Source: Octopus vulgaris (taxonomy: Eukaryota). Taken from it: a stretch of DNA of 64,000 nt. The position numbers and the translations under genes were made by a program. Location of the stretch: positions 72,292,001 through 72,356,000 of the forward strand of contig OX597814.1 of the NCBI GenBank assembly GCA_951406725.2. Direction: 5' to 3'. The notes beneath the pieces are model-generated. The model was not told where the DNA came from, made no database searches, and saw only the letters and a list, made by a program, of their open reading frames with translations. Positions 1 through 12,600 of this stretch are shown here, in pieces. Positions within the stretch are counted from its first letter, which is position 1; each line of letters starts with the position of its first letter.

Positions 1-351
1 CCAGGAGAAAAATCAAAACTGGCTTAGGTAGGATTTGAATTCAGAAAGTGAAGTGGTGTCATATATAAATACCACAGAGCATTTTGTCTTACACTCAAAT
101 AGTTTTCCAAATACTGCTAGGTGAAAATTTATGAGGCAAAGAGTTTGTGTGTGTGTACTCCAGAATGTGTGGTGAGAATGGCACCTTCCTAAATGTTTAA
201 ACATTTACTCCAATGGAGTACATTTTTATATTGTATGATATGTTATATAAATTGTATTCACTTGATATATACACACTACACAACTACATGCAATATGTAT
301 GTGTGTACACAAATGGATTCTATATATATATATGTATACATCTTTTTACAG

Positions 352-481
352 GTATTGAACTCACTTAACTCTCTCCCTAAATACACAGAATACATGGACA
401 AAAATATCATTGCAGAATATCAACAAATTGTTGATATAACTTTGTGTCAACTAAATTTTGATAGATATATTTATTCAAATG
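352..481 (+). CDS. NUP188: NUP188 exon w1 ([17 protein letters not shown]...RYIYSN)
   Basis: Splice sites tttttacag|...|gtaagt; 130 nt; phase matches w2. Confidence 0.85.
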
Positions 482-1671
482 GTAAGTAATATTGTTTCCT
501 CAGAAATGGTTTAAATACATTATTCATGTGCTCCATTTGCTTACAAACTTACAGCAATATTAATGATGTCACATTAATGGTGACAAGAATACATTTTGTT
601 TCACATATCTCATGCAAATCTGAAAATTCTTGAAATGTTCAATGCTTTGTCCAAAGAGGAAGTCATAGGATTTTCTTTGAGGAAAAATTAGAAGCAAACA
701 AAAATAAACTAATTTAAACATAAGATCCACTAACGTTGTTAATTGAAACCTTTACAAATTAATTCTGAAATGGTACTTAGTTTACAATTATCAAATTGAA
801 TTGTTGCAACCTCAATAGAACTAAATATCTAAATTCAACAAAGAAAACCCATTAGAATGTAACAGAAGGTAGTGATGGAGTTATAAGTGTTGTTGACAAC
901 AAATCATATAGAATTGGAAACTGAAGAATGCTGAGTTATTTTTTTATGGATAAATATCCCTTGAAATCAATATGTTCACTCTTAAAATATTGTTAAGCTG
1001 AAAAAAGATAATGTATGTTGTAACTTGAATATACAGGTGCTCTAATTAGCAATGTCATTGTGATAGATATATGGTTCAAGTGCTGTTAGTAAGCCTGTTT
1101 CTTTGTTTCAAGCTGGTACTTATACTATCAAATATTAAGTGATATATGTATCAAAGTCGAAATTACCATATAATTTAGGAGTGGCTGTGTAGTAAGTAAC
1201 TTGCTTACAAACCACATGGTTCCAGGTTCAGTCCCACTGCATGACACCTTGGCAAGTGTCTTCTACTATAGCCTCAGGCCAACCAAAGCCTTGTGAGTGG
1301 ATTTGGTAGACGGAAACTGAAAGAAGCCCATTGTATATATGTGTGTGTGTATGTATATATATATATATATGTTGAAATAGAAAGATGAATTTTCTTGTTA
1401 CAGATTATTCAAAAGTTTAACCGATACCTGGGTAGCAAAAATCACAGCAGAAAATACATGGTTGGAGATAAGACCATTTGGTGTTGCAACCGTGCGTTGG
1501 TGCGGATAATTGAAGTTTAATATTATTATTGAGTGGAAGAAATGGAGTTGAACGAAGATTGTACAGAATTCCTTTTATTACATTCTACACATGTGGCCTT
1601 TGAAACATGTGTAGAATGTAATAAAAGGAATTCTGTACAATCTTCGTTCAACTCCATTTCTTCCATTCAAT

Positions 1672-1710
<39 letters not shown>

Positions 1711-3102
1711 GGCCAATTTTCGCGGAGTTCCACTATTCCCTTTCTCTCTCTCCCTCTTTTACGTTGTCTGCCCTCCCCCTCTTCCTTCCCCCTTCCATTG
1801 TTAAGAGCATTTTTAAGCCAGCCCGTCAAGTAACGTGCCTCATTTCTTGATTTCAAATCCATTCTGCCGTGTCAGGCCGAAAACGAAATGTTTCCAAGAT
1901 AAGAAAATCTTTCTAATCTAATTCATCCCGTAATCTGTACCAGTAATATTCTCATGCAAATTTGTCTGATCTCTAGTGGTTAAGCTGTTTATTATTATTA
2001 TTATTAGTATTAGTATTATCCTTTTGATCCCCAATTTGTTTATTATTATTATTTTCAGCTTCGCCTCGTATTGCATATTATGTATAATTTATTAGTTATC
2101 GTTGACCATCGGTTCCGGCCTCGTGTCTCGCTAAATACAGAATAGATATTTAAGTTTCTCCATACAGGGGTTTTCAATGGCGGCCGATTTTCGCGGGGTT
2201 CCACTATTCCCTTTCTCTCTCTCCCTCTTTTACGTTGTCTGCCCTCCCCCTCTTCCTTCCCCCTTCCATTGCTAAGAGCATTTTTAAGCCAGTCCGTCAA
2301 GTAACGTGCCTCATTTCTTGATTATGTTTTTATCTATCTATCTATTTTATCTACTTACTAATTACTAATACACTTAAGCAGTTGTCATTGTATTCCCTAA
2401 TTCCTCTCATCATCATGTGCCGATAATTTCTCCATTTCTCCACCGTCCCTTTATTAATTTTGCCCGTCCAAGTCCTCGCTCTCTCGTCCTTCAACCTTCG
2501 CGTATTCGCGGTGCACCCGCCCTTGCCCACCCCCACCACCAAAACCAGATATCTCTATATTTTTGCTCCATTATAGGTGTCTACTCTTCGAACCCCCCTC
2601 TTCAATACGCTATTTCACCATGCATTACCCCTCTTGTGATATCCTACGTTCTACTTGTCTAGAACCTGCCATCGTTTCTCTGAACACCCCTCCCCACTGG
2701 TGCTCCCCTATATTTCTGCACCACCCCCCACATAAAAAGCACCATCCGAACGTGGCCGATGCCAGCACCGCCCTGACTGGCTTCTGTGCTGGTGGCACAT
2801 AAAAAGCACCAACTGACCGTGGCCGATGCCAGACCCCTCTGGCACCTGTGCAGGTGGCACGTAAAAAGCACCCACTACACTCGCGGAGTGGTTGGCGTTA
2901 GGAAGGGCATCCAGCTGTAGAAACACTGCCAGACCAGACTGGAGCCTGGGGCAGCCCCTGGCTCCCCAGACCCCGGTCGAAACCGTCCAACCCGTGCTAG
3001 CGCGGAAAACGGACGTTAAACGATGATGATGATGATGATGATGATATATACACACACACACACATACATACATACATACATGTGTATATATATATGTATA
3101 TA

Positions 3103-3136
<34 letters not shown>

Positions 3137-4583
3137 CACATGTATGTATGTATGTGTGTATATGTTTGTGTGCCTGTATTTGTGCCCCCCCCCCAACATC
3201 GCTTGACAACCGATGGGCGTGTGTTTACATCCCCATAACTTAGTAGTTCGGCAAAAGAGACTGATAGAATAAGTACTAGGCTTACAAAGAATAAGTCCTG
3301 GGGTCGATTTACTCGACTAAAGATGGTTTTACAGCATAGCCACAGTCAAATGACTGAAACAAGTAAAAGAATATATAAGGTCTATTTAAATGATTTTAAT
3401 GACTGATTTTCCCCTTTATCGGAAAATCTGTTAATCTGTGAAACAAGTCAGGTTTGAAATGCAAGTTCTATAGTTTTAATCTCTAATGATTTATTTATAA
3501 TGACTACTTCAGGTTAAAGATATTAGAGAGAAATAATTCAACACACCATTTCAGAGATTTCATAGGATTCTTAAACAGAAATAATGGTATATTAAACTTA
3601 ACTCAAACAGTATGAAAACTTGGGAAAGTAAAGCCTACAGTTGAGCTTGATGTAGAATTGAGCAAGTTGTGACCCATTATTGATGCTAATGATGATTATG
3701 ATGACAGTAATTTTAGTAGTGGCAACTGTTATTATTATTTATAATAGTAAAAGAAAAACCAAACGCTTATATTCAGATTAGCTTATTTTTCTTGATCTCT
3801 TTGTGGGATCAATCTTTTCTATTTTTTTTTCCTTTCTACAGAAGAGTTCGTTATACCTGCTGGAACTTATGGACATTATCATATGGAATCAGGTAATTAC
3901 GATGTTATTTCTACCACACTTTAGGCTCAAAATAATTAGTATTTTTTCTTAGTCTGTCATGCATTTCTCTAAAATAGATAAACCATTAACATATTTTTTT
4001 GCACATATGTTACACATTTAATAAATATTGGTTTTGGTTACCTATTGAAATAATACATTTATGAATTGAACTGTCAAAAAGACCTTTTATATATATATAT
4101 ATATATACACGCAAGCATGCACACATACAGTAGTCAATAGTCTCGGGCTTGTAAGTTTACTCAGTTACCTTGTAGGGGATAGGAGAGTGAGGGAGAAGGA
4201 GCAAGACATTAGAAGGGCCAGGATGGTGAAAGGGAAAAAAGAGCAAGAGTATTATGAGAAATGCAGGAGAACATAGCAATGGATGAGTGATCAGATGAAA
4301 ACATTTGTAGGTGTTGGATAGCAATAGAGATAACTCAGAGGAGTGAGAATTTTAGTTTATAGTACAAGCTAAGCCAGGGTGTATTAGGTGCAGCATCTTA
4401 TATGTGGGCATATAAAAGGGTCAAAGGGCCAGAGAAGTGAATTGGAGGACGCGGTGTGCACAGGTGCTGGAAAGGAGAGAGTTGGGTTACTATGATTGAT
4501 GAAGATATGGGAGTAATGGAGGAAGAGGTCTAATGGATATATGAGCAAGGTGAGGATGCAAAGTAAGGTAGGCTTGGCAGGGG

Positions 4584-4623
<40 letters not shown>

Positions 4624-6615
4624 CAGAATTTGAGGAAGCAATATCCCCATAAGGGATTGTTAAAAACAATTCTGATGCCAACTGGGTTTAACCAAATATA
4701 TTGATAGGAAGATCATCAATATGTATATGTATAAACAGTCTCATAAAATTAAAATGTCAATAAAAGAAAATGGAGAAGAAAAATTGAAAAGATACTTAGT
4801 TTGTTTTATTTGTATTACAATTGGAAAAGGAATGCAAATTAAAAGATGAAAAAAATATACTTATAAGAGTATAAAAGGAATAACCTCAACCAACAAAATA
4901 ACCCCCAAATATCCACACACATATATACATCTCATATCTTCTAAAAGTGGATAGGTCTCCTATGGCAATCAGTGCACTCTTTTATAATTCCCTCTGTGAG
5001 ATACAGCATCATCTGGTCAGCTTTCATTACACAGCAGTCAAGCTGTGCCAACAGGGAGAGGTAGAAGGGGAAGGGAAAAATTTATATTGACCAAAGGAGC
5101 ACACTGATGATTGAGAGTCAGCAAAATTTTAAGGGAATTACTCTTCTTAGATACAATCACTTTTTCTTTTTCATTTGGGCAAAGTTAAAAAAATTAGATG
5201 CTCAGTAATATGTTCAGAATATCTAGAAAGGAAGCTGAGGAAGAAAGAAGACAACGAAGAAGGTAATTTGGCAAGTTGTAATGAGGTGGAGGTACAAACC
5301 AAGTACAGGGACAATTTTAAGTAAACACCAATTTCTAGAAGGCCTATGCTTATGCATGTGCACACATGAGCATACATATGAATATAGAGAGAGATGAATT
5401 GTAAGTTAGACGTACACACCACACATATATATTTGTATGCTCACATGCATACAGACACACAGTTACTAAAATCATGTCATCTAGGAAGAGAATTTTCTCC
5501 CAGGGTTATTTCTGCAGTGGAAGATCTTTTCATGTTTGTATGTACTCAAACATGTTAAATATGACTTTACACGAATGTATTACACATATATGTGTATGTC
5601 TACACATATATGCACTCATGTAGATGTATACATACACACACACACACACACAAGAAAAGTTATAATATTTACATTTAAGTAAAGCAAGTCATTCACTAAG
5701 AAAATAGTTGAGAAGAAGCCAAAAATTGAAGGTCATTTATATTTTTATCTTCTTAGAACCAACTGAATTTTTTTCTCTTACATATGATGGGTTTTTATAC
5801 TGTTTCTGTATGCCAAATCCACTGACATTTTATTGGTCAGTGCCTGAGGTTATAGTGTACAGTTAGGCTAAACCTGAAACCATAAAAATTGTCAAGCAAA
5901 CTTTTAACCTAACAATCATGCTTCTGTGTGTGTGTGTGTACTCTAATCTCTAATTGTGGAGGGAACATGTGGATAGTAGACTCAGGAAGACATGGGACAA
6001 AGTAGTAAGAAAAGATCTTCACATGCTAGTCCTCACTGAGGAGATGACAAGTAACCAAGACTTCTAGCAATTTACTGTGCTTGAGAAGACACATCAAGCT
6101 TAGTAAAATTATGGCCATCTATACATACAGGCACATCCCTCTGTCAGTCAAGAGGTCCTTGTCTTGTGGGTGCTGGTGCCATATAAAAAACATCCATGTT
6201 GGTGCCACATAAGAAGCACCTGTGCCGGTGTCACATAGAAAAGCATCCATTCAGGAGCAATGTATAAAGCACTTGTGCATGTAAAAAGTACCCAGAACAC
6301 AATGTAAACTGGCTGGTGCTAGGAAGGGCATCCAGCCATAGAAGCGTGCTAGAACTGCACAGATGGAGCCTTAGCAGCACTATGGCTGGCCAGCTCCTGT
6401 TAAAACCAGCCAACCCATGCCAGTACGGAAAGCAGATGTCAAATTTTGATAATATAGGTGCAAGCATGTTGACTGTGGTTAGTAAATTTGCTTCCTTACC
6501 ATATCATTTCAGGTTCACTCCCACTGCATAGTACCTTGGGTAATTTTCTTCTACTATAAACCCAAACTGACCAAAGCTTTGTGAATGTGGTAGAAAGAAA
6601 CTGAAAGAAACCCAT

Positions 6616-6656
<41 letters not shown>

Positions 6657-9600
6657 ATGTCTGTCTCTTTGTCTTGGCATTACACAGTTGCTGAAAATGT
6701 CACCATTATACAAGTAGCAATGGAGAAATATTTTTTTGCTTGAAAAGAGGTGAGAGTTGGTGAAATGATTCTGATATATATTATATATACATATGTGTGT
6801 GTGTGTGTTTGTATATTTATGTATGCCTGCATAAGTGCATGTATATTTGTGTGTATATATATATGTATGTGTGCATATGTATAAACATTTTGTATTTTCA
6901 GCCTCTAAGGGACCAGCTGTTGTTCAGTGGACATTTACTTATAACTGTTGGACATTACTCAAATGTGAACTCCAAGAACTTCTACTTCAAGTTTCAAGAT
7001 CTCCAAGTATGTTTCTTAACTGAATCAGATTTCGGTTAGAAAATATAAATTTTAGTGTTTGTTATGAAAAATAGTTTTTATCAAATAATTTCTTCAACTT
7101 GAAGCCCATAGTAATAAACTTCAAAGGAAGTCTTCTATTAAAATATATATACCAGTAGTTCATACAACTATGTAAATTTACAGATGTGTTTGTCAAACTA
7201 CTTAAAGATATAAAATGAGGCCAGATTCTTCTTCAAGGTATTTTAACTTTGACAAATTTCCTAAGACAATACAAAATCATAACAGCATTAGAGAAAACCC
7301 TTCATAGCCAATATAAACAGTATTTTAGTTGCATCAGAAGTGCTGAAGCAACTAACAAACATAATTAGTTATAGATGGAGGAGTCTGGTTTACTTAAATG
7401 GCTTGTCTTATGTAGTAAGAACATTTTGACATGTGGGTGTAGCTTGAGGAACAAATAATAGTGTAATGGCTAGATTTTATAGTGAAATTTCAGTTGCTGT
7501 TATTGCTCGTCACAAAATCTCTCTCTATACAGAAAGTAAACTGTATAAGAAGTATGAGTGCATATGGTTGTGTAAATAGGCATTCAATATAGAGTATCTA
7601 CATTAAATAAAGTGGGACACATTAAAATAAGAGTAGCCTACTGGTAGAGAGTTTTAACTAATTTGAAAGACTGGAACCAAATGAACATCAAATATATTGA
7701 CCAATGCATACATAACCAGTTATTTCATTAGCATGTAAAGATGATTTGGCAAATGTATTTAAATCAGATTTGAGAAAAATTTTATGACAGATCAAGAACC
7801 AGGCCAGTGTAACCTATTATAAAGCAAATATTAAGACAATGAGGAAGTAGATGTTCATGAGAATTGAATTTACTCAAATGAAATGGGCTTCATTCATTAT
7901 TTTAACATATACAATTGTTTATTCTTTTCATTTTTTAATTTGTGAGTTCTCTGGTATATTCTATTTTCTATATTTTCCAAATTCACATTGTATTCCAGTA
8001 TGCTAATATCTATTCTTGGTTAACTATATATATTTTAGAAAAACACCAAACAACTATATCAAAATATATTGTGGTGGCCTGTTTTGTAAATTGAGTGTAT
8101 AAACTACTGGTACCTTTGGGAAGACTATTTAGCTTAAAAGCCTTAAAACCAATTCATTTCTTTACTAGTTTTTGTATTTTATTTTGTATTCTGTTTATTA
8201 TATATGTTATAGAGTGTTGGAGTAGATGTATGATACTTTGGTATTTATAAGTTTTGAGTTCAAAAACCTCAGGGACACCTTGTTCTGAACAGTTTATACA
8301 CTCTTAATATTTTTATTTGCTCCTTGATTACCCTAAAATCATTATACTGTTCTTTGAACTGAGATACTACCACATGGTAGACTTTTCTGCACAAAGAAAT
8401 AATAACTTCATAATCGTCATCATCATTTTATGTCTCTTTTCCTTATTGGTATGGGTAAGAAAGTCAACAGGATTTAGTGAGTTTGACAACCACATATTGC
8501 TCCAATGTCTCATTTGTAGCATGATTTTTATAGCTGATTGCCCTTGTTATATGCCATCCACTTTATACTGTGTACTGTGCATGTTTTGGTGGCATCAACT
8601 CTATAAAGTTGCTTCAATTGAGCAAATAAAAATATAATAAATATCAACATTAAGAAACAGAAAGAGATTTCAGCAGTAAGGAATCTGGGCTGTTATGCTC
8701 TTTATTGTAGCCTTTTCACATAATTTCTAAATATAGTTTTACAATCCTTTTTTCAGATTTGATTGATAATGAACAGATAGATCATGCATGCCAAATTGTC
8801 AATCTTATTAAATCAATAATTACAAATGTGCCAGATTCTGTAAACCAGTTTGAGGAAATAACAGATCTTTGCTACCAAATTATACACAGGTAAGAGAATG
8901 TTTTTTTTTTATTTCCTTTTTTTCAATACTATTAATAAAAAAAAAATTTTGTGGTCCATTTCATGTTCCAGCTTTGCATCTTCAACTATGCCATACAAGA
9001 CACAGTGTAATCAGTATTCAAAATATGTTGTGTAGGGACATATTTGCAATTCTTTATGCTCCTAAGTACTACCAGACACAGACTTTTCAAACTTTGTACA
9101 TCAACTGCATGAGATGGACATCACCAAAATTTGGTCCTTTTTCCATTTCAATGTCGGTTGTCAATTTAAAAAAAAAAGCATAGCTGTCAAATGCATCAAC
9201 TTCTCTATATGTTCTTCTGTCTCTTTTTGATATATTTTATCTTTCAGTTTTGTTTTTTATTTCTCTCATTGCTTTTCAATGGCTCTTGTGAATTGAGCAG
9301 ATTTTTCAAGACTTGAGAATAAGCATCTCACAATAAATTTGTTATCTAAATCCATTTTCTAAAACACCTTCATAAGAGTCATTTCAGTGGGTAAATGAGA
9401 AAAGGTCATTAGGAAATACATTACATGTGATGTACTAACAGCAAGAATGTCCCTCAGCTTTTTTCTTCAACAGAAAAGACAAAGATTGCATTCTCAAAAC
9501 TAAAGTGCCTACTCAAAGACATGAAGGACCATAAGGCCATTCAATGGACCCTGGTGGTAGAAATGCAATGTGACAATGAAGCTACGATTCAGTCTTTGAC

Positions 9601-12600
9601 AAACTAGAATGAATCTTGCTGCTTTGATTCCAAGCAAATGTGTGCAGTTTTCCTGTGGCACTGTATTCAACTGATAAGGGAAGATTTTGGATTTTAGTTT
9701 CCGCTATCCCCAAATCATAGCACTGTTGGTGTCATCTATATTTAAATAAAACTCTTCCCCTTTTTCTTCTCGGTAATTAAAGCTTGTCAGTATTACATTT
9801 AGTATGGTGTGCATTATGAACTATTTTCTAATTCTACTATCCAATTCCAGTAAGCTTTATCCACTTAAAAAAAAAAAGTGTCTCAACAGTTTCATAGCCC
9901 ACATATTGATTGTCTTGACAATATTATGTCCAGTTAGTTTTGGTTCTTGCTCCTTCCTAACTCTTGTTTTGTTCTCTTAAGTGATTTATTATTTTTTAGG
10001 GTATCACTTGTGGCTCTTTCCATTCTCAGTTCAAATCATGCCAAGATCAATTGTACCTTTTTTTGGAGTTAATAAAATATGGGACCAGTCAAGTACTGAG
10101 GTTGATGTAATTGACTTGATCCTCTCCTGAAAATTGCTGACTTTGTGTGATATTAGAAAAAAATATTGTTGTTGTCATCATCATCACTGCTACTGCTGCA
10201 CTGGATTGGCAGAATCAGAAGAGCATAGAATTACATTTAGATACTCCCTTTGTTCTCACTTCCAGTTCTGCCAAAGTCATCTTTGCCTTCTATCCTTGCA
10301 GGGTTGATAATATAAGTGTTAATCTTTCTATATTGTACTCAACAACAAAATGTGTTGTCTTGTGTTAAATAATTATTTTCTCTTTTTAATGGTCTCCTTG
10401 AATTTTCACTGTACCACCAGATATATGCTGTATTTTGGGGGTCTGTGTAACATTTATTGTTTATCTTCTAAATTGGCCCTGGATGAACAGATCTATGATC
10501 AAAGACTTCCAATCCAGCACTGTCCCACTGTACTCCATTATCCAATGTGTTAAGGCAGATTTTCTACAGCTAGGGCCCTTCTGCCACCAGCCCTTTCCTC
10601 TTTCCAAGGAAAGATGACATCTTCCCTTAGCTGGACATTTTCAGGAAAAACTGGAAACAAATGATATCACTTGTATGAGTGTTACTGGTTTACAACCATC
10701 ATCCAATATAAAGGCACTCACACATACACACACACACGATAGGTTTCTTTCAGTTTCTACCTACCAAATCTACTTAAAAGACTTTTGTTGGCCCAAGGCT
10801 CTATTAGAAGATACTTACCCAAAGTGCCATACAAGAGGACTAAACTTGAAACAATGTAGTTGACTTCAGTGAGCCACTGACCTATTCATCTTCATATAAA
10901 GTCATTGATGTGGTGGTCCTCAGTGATACTAATTTTGATCCTGTTTCCAGAAGCCCAATCTCTTCAATGTACAATAGCATCTGCAAGGTAGTTACATTAA
11001 ATGATATTAAAACGATTTCAGAAAACATACTACCAGAACTAGAGAAAAAGTTTCAAGTGTGGAGGCAAGGTCTAGAATCGAAGGGCCTTAGAGTCGATCT
11101 AGTAAAAAGTAAAGTCTCAGTAAGCAGGAAGGCAGACAAATCACAAATCCCTTCAGGTAGATGGCCCAGCTCGATCTGTAGAAAAGGCATAGATAGAAAC
11201 TCCATAAGATGTACCCAGTGTAAGCTATGGATACATAAGAGGTGCAGCAATATCAGAGGAGGGTTAACTGGGAAGATAGTTTTTGTGTGGCAGATGCACA
11301 GGGGCAATAAACACTGAAGATGTGCAGAAAACAGATTCTTTCGCATGCTAAGGGGAAAAACTAGGTTACCTAGGTGACCAAATCAGTAGTGGAGGTGGAT
11401 ACTCTGAGAGCATAACTGCTACAATAAGAATAGCCTGGGCAGAGAGCTCCTAACTCTACTGGTAACAAAGGGCCTCTTGCTCAGATTGAATGGTAGACTG
11501 TTTGATGCATTTGTGCGAACAGCCATGCTACACAGCAGTAAAACATGGGCTGTGACTGCTGAGGACACGCGACATGCTTGAAACAAATAAAGCTCTACTG
11601 GATGTGTAATGTCAGTGTGCATACATGACAGAGTGTAAGCGCCCTGAGAGAAATGTTGGACATAAAAAGCATCAGATGTGGTGTGCAAGAGAGTGGAGGG
11701 AACCTATGGAAGAGGTAGGCTTTGAAAGACAAGGGATAAGGTGGTGAAGCACGGCCTTCAAACATTGGGCCCCACAGAGGTGATGACAAGCGACCGAGAC
11801 CTTTGGAGATATGCTGTACTTGAGAAGACCTAGCAAGCCAAGTGAGATCATAGCCAGTCAATGCCAGCGCCGCCTGACTGACACCCATGCCAGTGACACA
11901 TAAAAAGCACCATTTGAAAATGGTTGATGCCAGTGCCACCTGACTAGCTCCCGTGCTGGTGGCACATAAAAAGCACTATACAAGTGTGGTCAATGCCTGT
12001 GCTGCCTGACTTCCTCTTGTGTTGGCCGCACCTAAAAAGCACCCACTACACTCTCGGAGTGGTTGGCTTTAGGAAGGGCATCCATCTGTAGATCAGATTG
12101 GAGTCTGGTGTAGCCATCTGGTTTGCCAGTCCTCAGTCAAACCATCCAACCCATGCAGGCATGGAAAACAGATGGTGATGCTGCTGCCACAGATGATGAT
12201 GATGACGATGAAACAAGTAGAGTAACTAGTCTCATCCAGAATTAGGCTGGGAGAAAGCTATCCCTGAAAGATTAGAAGGAGTGGCAAATGTATACATGAC
12301 TTCTGTTATTTATTCCTGTCTGAGCTTTGTATCTTACCCTAGTTCTCATCTGAACAGATTTGAATGCCTGCTCTTTTGTTTCTTGTGGAAAGATGAGTTC
12401 CATAAGTCAGAGGGTCTGTAAGGAGGCTCTATATATTGAGACTGATGTTGTGCTGGTAAGTACTAGAGTTGTAGAAAAGATACCAAGTTGATGATCACAT
12501 CTGTTTACAGCTTATCTTTTTACAGGGCTATGGGACTGGGGTCATTTGCTAGTTTTTGATACCTTACAAACATGAAAGTATTGTTTGAAATGTCTGAGTG

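Larger units (their letters stand above)
1177..3371 (+). mobile_element. tRNA-derived SINE (family A) split by nested insertions; head 1177-1370, tail about 3150-3371
   Basis: A-box-like tggctgtgtagt and B-box-like ggttcagtccc, followed by a body (gggcaagtgtcttctactatagcc...ggaaactgaaagaagccc) that recurs at several places in the window. The central (TA/TG)n tract is interrupted. Confidence 0.8.

Noticed and set aside
1177-1250. tRNA gene candidates at SINE heads (also 46405 and 32664-32725)
   Set aside because: A and B boxes are present but there is no complete cloverleaf or acceptor stem, and each continues into a repeat body.
2708-3238. ORFs rich in YI/HT/VC dipeptides (also at 4384, 6797, 24267, 34696 and 41331)
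   Set aside because: These are translations of (TA)n, (CA)n and (TG)n microsatellites.
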